Assembly: GCA_041492755.1 (NCBI GenBank)
Contig: JBGPXN010000001.1
Coordinates: 40,710-104,709, forward strand
Length of the DNA stretch: 64,000 nt
DNA from: Candidatus Methylomirabilia bacterium
GTDB lineage: Bacteria; Methylomirabilota; Methylomirabilia; Rokubacteriales; CSP1-6
Reading direction: 5' to 3'
Under the pieces are notes generated by a model. The model was not told where the DNA came from, did no database searches, and was given only the letters and a program-made list of their open reading frames with translations. Position 1 is the first letter of the stretch; each line of letters starts with the position of its first letter. The translations under genes and the position numbers were made by a program. Shown here one piece after another: positions 50,704 through 59,592 of this stretch.

Positions 50704-51611
50704 CCCAGCACCAACCCCCTGAGCTGTCCGAGGACGAATTCCTCGACGGACACGTCGGTGGTCACCCGCCGGTAGCCGATCTCCTGGCTTCGGCAGAAGC
50801 CCTCGACCTTCTCGAGGAACTGGGCGAGCCGCTGGCGGTAGGCACGCATCACGTCACCATCGATGGTGATCTCGCGGACCTCGCCCGTTTCGGAATCGTG
50901 CAGTCGGAGGTCGCCCCCGAGCGTCGGATTGACTTCCTCCGGATCCAACACGTGGATGACGTGCACCTCGAATCGTCGCTCGAGCATCGCCCGCACGCCC
51001 TGCTCGAATCCCACGGGATCCATGAAGTCGGAGATGATCACCGCGAGTCCGGACTCCCGCGCCCGCATCGCGTACGCGCCGAGGGCGCCATTGAGGCTCG
51101 TCGGGCCGCCGGGGCGCACCCGCCCGAAGAAATCCACCAGCGCGGAGAACTGATTGCGGCCGCGTACCGGCGGCCACCCCTCGCTGAGGCGCTCGCGCAG
51201 CACGGCGACGCCCACCCGCTCGAGGTTGACCAGGCCTACGAAGCCGAGCGCGAGCGCGACGCGGGAGGCGAACTGCAGCTTGCTCGGCGTGCCGAAGCCC
51301 ATCGACAGCGAGGCGTCGACCAGCAGGTGCAGTCGGAGGTCTTCCTCGTCGACGAACAGCTTGACGTGCAGGCGGTCGTGCCGCCCGTACACGTTCCAGT
51401 CGACGTAGCGGAGATCGTCGCCGCTGCCGTAGGCGCGGTAGTCGCAGAACTCGACGCTGTGACCCTTGCGCGGACTGCGCCGCTCGCCCTTGACCCGGCC
51501 CCGGAACGCCCGGCGGGAGGCGAGGGCGAGGCGCTCGAGCTGCGCCAGGAACTCGGAGGTGAACGGCGTCTGCGCGGTGGCCGCGGTCTTACCGGTCGTC
51601 GCCGTGCTCAC
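50700..51611 (-). CDS. DUF58 domain protein
   Basis: GHSVEFCDYRAYGSGDDLRYVDWNVYGR, DASLSM, IISDF. Confidence 0.92.
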   Translation of the reverse strand: MSTATTGKTAATAQTPFTSEFLAQLERLALASRRAFRGRVKGERRSPRKGHSVEFCDYRAYGSGDDLRYVDWNVYGRHDRLHVKLFVDEEDLRLHLLVDASLSMGFGTPSKLQFASRVALALGFVGLVNLERVGVAVLRERLSEGWPPVRGRNQFSALVDFFGRVRPGGPTSLNGALGAYAMRARESGLAVIISDFMDPVGFEQGVRAMLERRFEVHVIHVLDPEEVNPTLGGDLRLHDSETGEVREITIDGDVMRAYRQRLAQFLEKVEGFCRSQEIGYRRVTTDVSVEEFVLGQLRGLVLG

Positions 51612-51614
51612 GAT

Positions 51615-53063
51615 CTACCGCTCGTCCAGCGCCTGGAAATAGTCCTTGATCTGCCCGTGGAACTCCCGCGGCACCTGCTCGCGGGCGATGGCGTCCTCCA
51701 TCATCTTTCGGTACTGGCCGATGACGCCGAGGTACGACAGCCGCGAGCCCATGGGGCCGCCCTTGCCGGTGAGGTTCGTGTCGAAGCCGTCCTTGCGGCC
51801 GCGCCGACTCTCACCCTCGACGCCGACGTCGTACGGACTGGCGCGCAACCGCTGCGTCGCGTCGCCCTTGGGCGAGCCGCTCTTGCCCTTGCCAGGAAGC
51901 AGCCCTTCGCCCTCCCCGAAGTCCTGGTCCTCGGGCCCGCCGCCCCCCGGCTGGTTTCGATCGCGTCCGGCCGACTGGCTGCTGTCGCGGCCGCCGCGCA
52001 GATTTTTGCCGCCGCGCTGTCGCTCCTCCATCGCGCGCAGCTTGTCGAGAGCCTTGGACATCGCCTCCATGGCCTTGTCGGTCTGGCCACCCTCGAGCGC
52101 TTCCATGCCTTCGGAGACTTCCGAGCCCCAGTTGCCGCCCTTGCGTCCCAGCCGCTCCATCTCCTCGAGCAGCTCCTTCAGTTTCTGCGGCGAAATCTGG
52201 TCGGGACGCAGGCCGCCACTGAGCGCCTTCGACTTGCGGAAGACCATCTTGTACTGGCTCTGGGTGAAGTCGGACTGTAGATCCGGCAGCCGGTCGGCCT
52301 GCTCCAGCATCTTCAGTCGCTCGTCACCCTTGTTCAGGAAGCTGTTGAAGTCCGGGCGCTGCGAGCCGAGCGCGGTGTCCTTGAAGATGGCCGAGAGGTC
52401 GCCGGTGGTCGATGCTCCGGCCGCCCCGGTCTTCTGCGCGAAGTCACGCTCCTCGAACGCCGAGCGCTTGAGCGCGTCTTTCGGCGTGCGCGGACGGTCC
52501 TGCTCGACCATGCCCGCCCCGGTGCGGTCCGCCGGCTCTTCGCTCTCGGCCCCGTCGGAGAGGTTCGGCAGGCGCGGCGTCGGCAACGGCAGCGGTGGCG
52601 CCAGCGCCAGTATCACCGCGGCCAGCGCGGGCACCGGCAGCCACATCGCCTCGCGCGGCAGGATGCGTCGCGCCACTTGCTTCGGCGCCAGCGAGCCCAC
52701 GCGCGCGGTCACGTCGGCCACGAGCGCCTCCACCAGCGGCGTGCGGTCAGGACGCGGCGCCCATTCCAGCGCGGTCGCGAGCCGGTCTTGCAGCCCGAAC
52801 GCGGCGTCGGCGAGGCGGGCGGCGTCCCCGCGCGGCACGCGACGCACGAATCCCCAGAGCCCGCCGGCCAGCAAGCCGGCCGCGGCCACGCCGAGGGCCA
52901 GGGGCAACGCGAGCGCGCCGAGCGGTGTCTTGAAGACGAGGAGCGCGGCGCCGAGGGCCACGCCGTAGAAGAGTCCGCGGAGCGCGTAGTGCTCGGCGCG
53001 CCGCAGGCGGACCTGTGACACGATGGTCTGCACGAGACGGTCGAGCGGTTCAGGCTGCGACAT
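51615..53063 (-). CDS. Membrane-anchored hypothetical protein of MoxR operon
   Basis: N-terminal TMs, GLQDRLATALE, Gly-rich tail, VPREFHGQIKDYFQAL ending; coupled within operon. Confidence 0.75.
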   Translation of the reverse strand: MSQPEPLDRLVQTIVSQVRLRRAEHYALRGLFYGVALGAALLVFKTPLGALALPLALGVAAAGLLAGGLWGFVRRVPRGDAARLADAAFGLQDRLATALEWAPRPDRTPLVEALVADVTARVGSLAPKQVARRILPREAMWLPVPALAAVILALAPPLPLPTPRLPNLSDGAESEEPADRTGAGMVEQDRPRTPKDALKRSAFEERDFAQKTGAAGASTTGDLSAIFKDTALGSQRPDFNSFLNKGDERLKMLEQADRLPDLQSDFTQSQYKMVFRKSKALSGGLRPDQISPQKLKELLEEMERLGRKGGNWGSEVSEGMEALEGGQTDKAMEAMSKALDKLRAMEERQRGGKNLRGGRDSSQSAGRDRNQPGGGGPEDQDFGEGEGLLPGKGKSGSPKGDATQRLRASPYDVGVEGESRRGRKDGFDTNLTGKGGPMGSRLSYLGVIGQYRKMMEDAIAREQVPREFHGQIKDYFQALDER

Positions 53064-53089
53064 CCGGGCCTCCTCGGTGGCGACGGCGC

Positions 53090-54121
53090 CTACCGGAGAA
53101 AGGGTTCGCGCGTCTGGGCCTGGGTACTCTGGGCGGCGTCGACGATGTCCCCGATCAGCGTGTCGACGTCGATGCCCTCGGCTTCACCCTCGAAGTTGAG
53201 GATGATTCGATGGCGCAGCGCGGGCAGGGTCAGCGCCTTGAGATCGTCCACGCTGACGTTGCACCGCCCCTGGGACAGCGCGAGCACCTTGGCGCCGAGC
53301 ACGAGGGCCTGGGCACCGCGCGGACTGGCGCCGTAGCGGATGAAGCGCCGGCTGACGTCGGGTGCGCCCTCCCACGCGGGGTGGGTCGCCATCACGATCG
53401 TCGAGGCGAGATCGCGGACGTGGGAGGCGATCGGGACTTCACGGACCAGCTCGCGGAAGCCGAGCACGGTCGCTCCGCTCATCACCCGCGAGACGTCGAC
53501 GTGGCGGGACTGGGTGGTGCGATCGATGATCGCGTTCAGCTCCTCCAGCGCGGGATACCGCACGCGCAGCTTGAAGAGGAAGCGATCGAGCTGCGCTTCC
53601 GGCAGCGGATACGTCCCTTCCATCTCGATCGGGTTCTGGGTGGCGAGCACGAAGAACGGCGCCGGCAGCGGACGCGAGGCGCCGCCCACGGTCACCCCGC
53701 CCTCCTGCATGCCTTCCAGTAGCGCGGACTGGGTCTTCGGGGTCGCCCGGTTGATCTCGTCCGCGAGCAGGATGTGGGCGAAGATCGGCCCGGCCTGGAA
53801 CTGGAAGTGCTTCCGGCCGTCGGCGTCCTCCACGATGATGTTGGTGCCGGTGATGTCGGCCGGCATGAGGTCCGGGGTGAACTGGATACGAGAGAACGCC
53901 AGGTCCAGGCACTCGGACAGCGTCTTGATGAGCAGCGTCTTGCCGAGCCCGGGGACGCCTTCCAGCAGCGCGTGCCCGCCGGCGAACATCCCGATGAGCA
54001 CGTGATCGATGATCTCGCGGTGGCCGACGATGACCTTCTCGACCTCCGCGCGCAGGCCCTCGAACGCGGTGACGAACTCCTGGACCCGGGACTCTTGCGT
54101 CATGCGGTCTCCCTCTCTCAC
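53090..54121 (-). CDS. moxR: MoxR-family AAA+ ATPase
   Basis: EGVPGLGKT, RIQFTPDLMPADITG, DEINRATPKTQSALLE, ATQNPIEMEGTYPLPEAQLDRF. Confidence 0.95.
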   Translation of the reverse strand: MREGDRMTQESRVQEFVTAFEGLRAEVEKVIVGHREIIDHVLIGMFAGGHALLEGVPGLGKTLLIKTLSECLDLAFSRIQFTPDLMPADITGTNIIVEDADGRKHFQFQAGPIFAHILLADEINRATPKTQSALLEGMQEGGVTVGGASRPLPAPFFVLATQNPIEMEGTYPLPEAQLDRFLFKLRVRYPALEELNAIIDRTTQSRHVDVSRVMSGATVLGFRELVREVPIASHVRDLASTIVMATHPAWEGAPDVSRRFIRYGASPRGAQALVLGAKVLALSQGRCNVSVDDLKALTLPALRHRIILNFEGEAEGIDVDTLIGDIVDAAQSTQAQTREPFLR

Positions 54122-54372
54122 GAGTCGACGCCCCTCGATTCTAATAGCAAGACTACTGCCATGCCCCGTCGAGCATCAGCCGAATTAAATCGCTGGCCTA
54201 TCCCTTCACCGCCGGCGTGCCGGGTGCCCACCGGGTGGGCTGGCTGATCGATTTTGTGGCGCTACCGGCGGATCGACCACCCGCGACGTCCCCTCGGCCG
54301 GTCGCCGCCATGGTCGGAGTAACGGCGACGGCCCGACGCCGGCTCCCCGGTCGGCGCGCCGTCGGCGATCCA

Positions 54373-55443
54373 TCACGCATCGCGGCACACCGGCCGCGCA
54401 TCGGCCGACATGGGCACCAAGCCCCGGTAGGCGTCGAGGTAGCCCTCGATCTCGCGCGCCGCCGGATAGCGCTCTTCCACGAGCGCACGGCCGGCCGCAC
54501 CCAGCCGCCCGCGCAGATCGGGTTCACGGATGAGCCGCTCCGCCTTCGCTTCGAACTCGGCGTCGTCACGGAAGAGCAGTCCGGTCACGCCGTCCTCGAC
54601 CAGCGAGCGATTCCCCGGAACGTCGGATGCCAGCACGGCGCGGCCCAGGGCCAGCGCCTCCAGCACCGAGTTCGCCATGCCGCCTTCGGACTCGGAACAG
54701 TTCAGCACCACCGACGCGCGATCGAGAAGCGAGGCCATCTGCGCGTGGGGCACGGCCCCGACGTGGCGCGCCCACTCGAGCCCGTCGATCGCCCGTAGCA
54801 GCGCCTCGCCTTCGTCAGCCTCGATGATCGGCCCCGCGTAGAGCAACCTCAGGTCGGGGTGGCGAGCCACCAGCCGGGAGCATGGGCCCAGCGGCAGCCG
54901 CGGCCGCTTCACCGGCCGGATACCGGCGGGGAACACGACGAGCGTGCGCGCCACCGCATCCGGCCAGCGTGCGCCGAGATCGAACCGCTGCGCGCGGTCC
55001 AGCCCGATCGACTGGGGAACCTCGCGCAGCCGCGGCCGGAGGTCGGGGAGCGCTCCGGCAACCCGCTCGGCGATGGAACCGTGAAAGACGGTGATCGCGG
55101 CGGCGCCTTCCAGCACGTGGCGAACGAGGGCCGCGTGCCGGGGGTCGAACAGCTCGTGATTGGCGTCGGTCCCCGTCAGCGTTACCACCAGCGGGATCTC
55201 GGCGCGCCGGGCGAGCCGTAACGCGAGCGGACCGGTGCGGTAGGCGTGGAATGCGTGAACGATTCGGGGGCCGAAGCGCTCGAGCTCCGCTTCGACAGCA
55301 GCGGGAGCCGTGACGGCGAGATCCCACACCCGAACGTCCACGCCCCGCGCGCGCAACCCGCGGGTGATGCGTTCGACCGTAATGGCGTTACCGCGGACCG
55401 ACGGGTACGCGAACGGGGTCAGAAGCGCGACCCGCGGCAGCAT
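54373..55443 (-). CDS. GT4-fold glycosyltransferase, SenB-like
   Basis: LLTP...RGNAITVERI, HAYR, PLVVTLTGTD, IRPVK, SESEGGMANSVLEA, SDVPGN. Confidence 0.8.
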   Translation of the reverse strand: MLPRVALLTPFAYPSVRGNAITVERITRGLRARGVDVRVWDLAVTAPAAVEAELERFGPRIVHAFHAYRTGPLALRLARRAEIPLVVTLTGTDANHELFDPRHAALVRHVLEGAAAITVFHGSIAERVAGALPDLRPRLREVPQSIGLDRAQRFDLGARWPDAVARTLVVFPAGIRPVKRPRLPLGPCSRLVARHPDLRLLYAGPIIEADEGEALLRAIDGLEWARHVGAVPHAQMASLLDRASVVLNCSESEGGMANSVLEALALGRAVLASDVPGNRSLVEDGVTGLLFRDDAEFEAKAERLIREPDLRGRLGAAGRALVEERYPAAREIEGYLDAYRGLVPMSADARPVCRDA

Positions 55444-55507
55444 TAGCGCACAGGATATCAGGAATCTCCAGAGGCAACGGGCGCGTCTTCAATATAGAAT
55501 GATGCCA

Positions 55508-55783
55508 ATGTCCCCCGGCGGCGACCTCCCCGCAAGCTCTCTCGAGTGCCGGCAAATCGCCGAGCTGCTGGGGGACTACCTGGACGGCTCGCTCCCCAAG
55601 CCCACCGTCGAGCTGATCGAATGGCACATCGAAGGCTGTGGGCCCTGCGTGGCGTTCATCAACACGTATCGCGGAACGGTGAACGCCGCCGCCAAGCTAC
55701 GTGACGCCAGCATCCCCGCCGAGCTTCGCCACCGCCTTCTGACCGTCCTCCGCGCGAAGAACGAGACGCCGCCCCTGGGCTGA
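55508..55783 (+). CDS. zf-HC2 (anti-sigma-type zinc finger) small protein
   Basis: CRQIAELLGDYLDGSL...HIEGCGPC (HxxxCxxC); start uncertain (55499-55508). Confidence 0.82.
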   Translation: MSPGGDLPASSLECRQIAELLGDYLDGSLPKPTVELIEWHIEGCGPCVAFINTYRGTVNAAAKLRDASIPAELRHRLLTVLRAKNETPPLG

Positions 55784-55809
55784 CGCTCAGCCCCCGGCTA
55801 CCGGGGCGC

Positions 55810-56868
55810 TCAGCCGGCGACGCGAATCACCGGATCCGAGACGACTTCGCCGATCTCCCACGCCGTCTCGCCGCGCGCGCTGAAGGCCGCGAGAACGCCA
55901 CCCGCCCGATCGGGCGCGACGGAAAAGAGCAGGCCGCCGGACGTCTCCGCTTCGAAGAGCAGCGCCACCATCGCCGGGGCGATGCCGGGATCGATCGACA
56001 GGCGGGAGCCGAACACGGCTTCGACGTGCCGGCGGTTACGCTTCATTCCGCCGCTGAGATGACCCGCCTCCGCCAGCGCCAGCGCCCCTGGTAAAAATGG
56101 CAGCCGCCCGGCGCCGAGGGCAAGCCCCGCGCCCGACGCTTCGACCATTTCCCCGCCGTGACCCAGCAAGCCGAATCCGGTGACGTCGGTGGCGCCGCGG
56201 GCGCCGAAGTCGCGCGCGACCTCGGCCGCGACGCGATTCAGCCGGAGCATGCTCGCCACGGCGCCCGCCAGCGTCTCGGCGCTGGCCGCGCCATCCTTGG
56301 CCGCGGTCGTGATGGTCCCGGTACCGAGCGGCTTGGAAAGAAACACGCGATCGCCCGGGCGCAACCCGCCCTTGATCAGCACGCGGTCGGGGTGCACGCG
56401 GCCGGTGACGCAGAGGCCGTACTTCGGCTCGGCATCGATGACGGTGTGGCCGCCGGCGATGACCCCACCCGCCTCCGCCACCTTCTCCGCGCCACCGCGG
56501 AAGACTTCGGCCACGACCGCCTTGGGCAGCTCGCGAGGAAAGCCGGCGATCGCGAGCGCGAACATCACTTCGCCCCCCATCGCGTACACGTCGGACATCG
56601 CGTTGGCTGCCGCCACCGCGCCCCAGGTGTACGGATCGTCCACGACGGGCGGGAAGAAATCGACGGTTTCTACCAGCGCGAGGTCCGGCGAGATGCGGTA
56701 GACGGCGGCATCGTCGGCAACCCCGAGCCCGACGAGCAGGTCCGGAGGGGCCGCCATCGCCGACGGCTTCAGCACCGCGAGCACCTCCTGGAGATCTCCA
56801 GGAGCCATCTTGGATGCTCAGCCGGCGCAGGAGGCGTACGAGGTGAGGCGGATGTCCTTGCCTGTCAT
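55810..56868 (-). CDS. selD: Selenide, water dikinase containing selenocysteine
   Basis: MTGKDIRLTSYASCAG-TGA-ASKMAP continues in frame into DDAAVY, TVDFFPPVVDDP, AANAMSDVYAMGG, TDVTGFGLLGH, ETSGGLL. Confidence 0.93.
56779..56819 (-). promoter_or_regulatory. Candidate bacterial SECIS hairpin
   Basis: Palindrome ctcctggagatctccaggag (56785-56804) begins 13 nt after the UGA; lower stem GAGCAUC/GGUGCUC. Confidence 0.7.
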
Positions 56869-56885
56869 GCCGGCGCCCTCGGAGC

Positions 56886-57791
56886 TCACGATGGAAGCTC
56901 GCGCACCTGGGATTCCACGAATGCCACGAACGCCTGCGCCAGCGGCGAGCGCGTGCGCTCGCGATGGAGCACGAGATAGAACGAGCGCGCGACGCGCAGG
57001 TCGGCCAGCCGCACGCAGACCAGGACGTTGGCCCGGCACTCGTCCGCCACCGCGCGCCGGGAGATGATCGTGATGCCCGCCCCCGCCCGCACGGTCTGCT
57101 TCACGGCCTGCGTGGACCCGATCTCGCCCGCGATCCGGAACGCGCCGAGGTCCGTCCCCGCCTCGCGGAGCGCCTGCTCGAGCGCCTCGCGGGAGCCGGA
57201 GCCGCGCTCGCGCACGATCATCGGCTCCGCCTTCACGTCGGCCAGCATCACGGTCTGCCGCGTCGCCCAGGGATGGCTGGCCGGAACGACGATGACGAGC
57301 TCGTCGTTCATGAGCTCACGCGCCTCGAGCACGCGCGACGTCGGTTGCGCTCCAACCACGGCGGTCTCGACCTTTCCGCTCTCGACCCACTCGCACACCG
57401 TCCGGCTACCCCCGATGAGCAGGCTGATGGCGACGTCGGGGTACTTGCTCTTGAACTGTCCGATGAGGCCCGGCAATAGATACTCGCCGGGAATGGTGCT
57501 GCCCCCGATGACGAGCTCGCCGCTCATGCGGCCCTGGAACTGGTCCATGGCCTGCCGAGCTTCGCGCGAGAGACCCAGGATCCGCACGGCGTAGCGCAGC
57601 AGGAGCTGCCCCGCCGGCGTCGGCGCGGCGCCGCGCCCCAATCGGTCGAGCAACGACAACCCGAGCTCCTCTTCAAGGGCGCGGACATGCTCGGAGATCG
57701 TGGGCTGGGTAAGCGACAGCGCCTCGGCGGCGCGCGAAAAGCTACCGAGCTCGGCGACCTTGGCGAAGACTTCGAGGCGGCGTAGGTCCAT
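56886..57791 (-). CDS. LysR-family regulator (CysL-like), upstream of selD
   Basis: SFSRAAEALSLTQPTISEHVRALE, GGSTIPGEYLLP, RERGSGSRE, GSTQAVK. Confidence 0.92.
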   Translation of the reverse strand: MDLRRLEVFAKVAELGSFSRAAEALSLTQPTISEHVRALEEELGLSLLDRLGRGAAPTPAGQLLLRYAVRILGLSREARQAMDQFQGRMSGELVIGGSTIPGEYLLPGLIGQFKSKYPDVAISLLIGGSRTVCEWVESGKVETAVVGAQPTSRVLEARELMNDELVIVVPASHPWATRQTVMLADVKAEPMIVRERGSGSREALEQALREAGTDLGAFRIAGEIGSTQAVKQTVRAGAGITIISRRAVADECRANVLVCVRLADLRVARSFYLVLHRERTRSPLAQAFVAFVESQVRELPS

Positions 57792-57850
57792 CGGTCAGAA
57801 CGGGAGTCCCGAAGGCGGCGGCCGGCGCGGCGCCGGCGCCGTCGCTCAGG

Positions 57851-58063
57851 TCAGTGACAGGAACAGCCGCCGCCGCAACAACCGCCCCCGGCCGACGGCA
57901 TCGTCGCGACGTCAGCCCCGTGACTCTTCATCGCGAAAAGGGAAAGACGCCGCTTGACCTCGGCGCTGGAGCATCCCGGACACGTGACGGCCGCGGCCGT
58001 CGAGGGGAGGTAGCGCTCGAATTCCTTGCCGCAGCCGCCGCACCTGTACTCGTAGACGGGCAT
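57851..58063 (-). CDS. FmdB-family zinc ribbon protein
   Basis: MPVYEYRCGGCG..FE...CPGC; C-terminal GGCCGGGCSCH. Confidence 0.9.
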   Translation of the reverse strand: MPVYEYRCGGCGKEFERYLPSTAAAVTCPGCSSAEVKRRLSLFAMKSHGADVATMPSAGGGCCGGGCSCH

Positions 58064-58066
58064 CGA

Positions 58067-58267
58067 CTACTCGCCCCCTCGCTGCACGTAACTCTTCACG
58101 AACTCCTCGGCGTTCTCCTCGAGGATGTCGTCGATCTCGTCAAGGAGCTTGTCGATGTCCTCCTTGATCTTCTTGCCCTTCTTGGCCAGCTCGGGGTTCG
58201 CATTCGCCCCGTCGCCATCCTCGTTGGGCTTCGTTGGCCGCGTCTCTTTCTTTTTCTGCTCTGCCAT
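58067..58267 (-). CDS. pup: Prokaryotic ubiquitin-like protein Pup
   Basis: 66 aa, charged N-terminus, C-terminus DKLLDEIDDILEENAEEFVKSYVQRGGE; GGAGG RBS. Confidence 0.88.
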   Translation of the reverse strand: MAEQKKKETRPTKPNEDGDGANANPELAKKGKKIKEDIDKLLDEIDDILEENAEEFVKSYVQRGGE

Positions 58268-58325
58268 GCTGGCCTCCATCGGGGCCCGGACCGTCGACGG
58301 CGCACGTGAGCAACGCCCCACACGT

Positions 58326-58334
58326 ATCTTACCA
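58326..58334 (-). promoter_or_regulatory. Extended -10 promoter for pup
   Basis: Minus strand TG-G-TAAGAT about 60 nt upstream of pup start. Confidence 0.5.
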
Positions 58335-58365
58335 CCGGGCAATACCTCGGCCGCGGGCCTTTCTC

Positions 58366-59535
58366 CTACCGCCGGGACCGCCGGAACTGCTTGCTCAACG
58401 TCAGCGTCTGATTCTGGTAGGACGACGGCACCCCGACCCCGTAGAGCCGCGCCGGCGGGCTGGCCAGCCGCTCGAACCCGACCTTGAACGACGTCTGTCC
58501 GTCGTAGATCATGAACGGCACTTCCCGCGCGCGTACTTCCATCACGACCTTCGTGCCCAGCACGCTGCCGTCGCCGTAGCCGAAGCCGGGATCGAAGAAG
58601 CCCGCGTAGTGCGTGCGGATCTCCCCAGCGCCCGGATCGTAGACGACCATCTCGGCAGCATAGTCCGGGGGGACCCGAATCCGTTCCTTCGACGCGAGGA
58701 TGTAGAACCGATTCGCCTCCAGGATGTAGGAGTCCCGGTTCGGCCGCTTGATGGGCTCCCAGAACTCGGCCGGATCGTAGTGGTCGATCCGGCTCAGGTC
58801 GACCACCGGCGGATTCGGGTGGGCGCGGTACCCGATGATGCCGTCGGTCGCCCGTCCCGACAGATCGATCCCCATGCACAGTCCGTCGTTGATCACGCGC
58901 GGGCCGGGCGGGAGCGGCCGGTCGTCGTCGTCGTAGAGCAGCGGGATTCGCCGATACAGCTGGGTCAGCGCGGCGTCGGCCAGCGAGGTGGCGCCGGACA
59001 GCAGGCGGACCTGATTGAGCGAAAGCCCTTCGTGAACCCGCACGGGAAACGACTGCGGCGCGACCTCGAGATACAGCGGACCGGCGTAGCCAGGGGCGAT
59101 CTCGTCGAAGCGTGCCGTCGCGTCCGCCACCACCCGCGTGAAGATGTCCAGTCGACCCGTCGTGCTCTTCGGGTTGCACCGGCCCCGAACGTTCGCGGGC
59201 AGGCGCAGCGACTCCTGAAGCGGCACGAGGTAGACCGATCCGCGTTGCAGCGTCGCCCCCGTGGACAGCGCCAGCCGATCGATGACGAGATCGATCTCCG
59301 CGAAGTCGGTCTGCTGCAGCCGCGTGAGCACCGGCTCCCGGTACGGCAGGAAGCTCGCGCGGAGCTGATAGGCGACGGCGCCGACGCGAAGGTCCAGGCT
59401 CGATGGCTGGTATTGCGCGTCGGCAACGGGCGTGGCTGCGGTGATCCAGCCGTCGCGCACGGCCGCCCGTAGCGCATGGTCCGGCAGGACGCCGGGCGTG
59501 ACCGCGCCGTCAGCGCGGACTCGGTGCGGTCGCAT
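58366..59535 (-). CDS. dcd: 2'-deoxycytidine 5'-triphosphate deaminase (long form)
   Basis: QPSSLDLR, NPKSTTGRLDIFTR, HYAGFFDPGFG, EVRAREVPF, SYQNQTLTLSKQF. Confidence 0.88.
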   Translation of the reverse strand: MRPHRVRADGAVTPGVLPDHALRAAVRDGWITAATPVADAQYQPSSLDLRVGAVAYQLRASFLPYREPVLTRLQQTDFAEIDLVIDRLALSTGATLQRGSVYLVPLQESLRLPANVRGRCNPKSTTGRLDIFTRVVADATARFDEIAPGYAGPLYLEVAPQSFPVRVHEGLSLNQVRLLSGATSLADAALTQLYRRIPLLYDDDDRPLPPGPRVINDGLCMGIDLSGRATDGIIGYRAHPNPPVVDLSRIDHYDPAEFWEPIKRPNRDSYILEANRFYILASKERIRVPPDYAAEMVVYDPGAGEIRTHYAGFFDPGFGYGDGSVLGTKVVMEVRAREVPFMIYDGQTSFKVGFERLASPPARLYGVGVPSSYQNQTLTLSKQFRRSRR

Positions 59536-59592
59536 GATAGTCGTAGAGCTGTCGCACCCACGCGAGATCCATCCGCGCCCCTTCCCCTGGCC

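Noticed and set aside
56809..56868. selD as a nonsense pseudogene or N-truncated protein
   Set aside because: The TGA falls exactly at the catalytic Cys/Sec position and is followed by a hairpin; recoding is the better explanation.
58067..59179. 370-aa ORF as a Pup fusion protein
   Set aside because: The upstream part is an alternate frame of dcd; pup has its own RBS and start at 58267.
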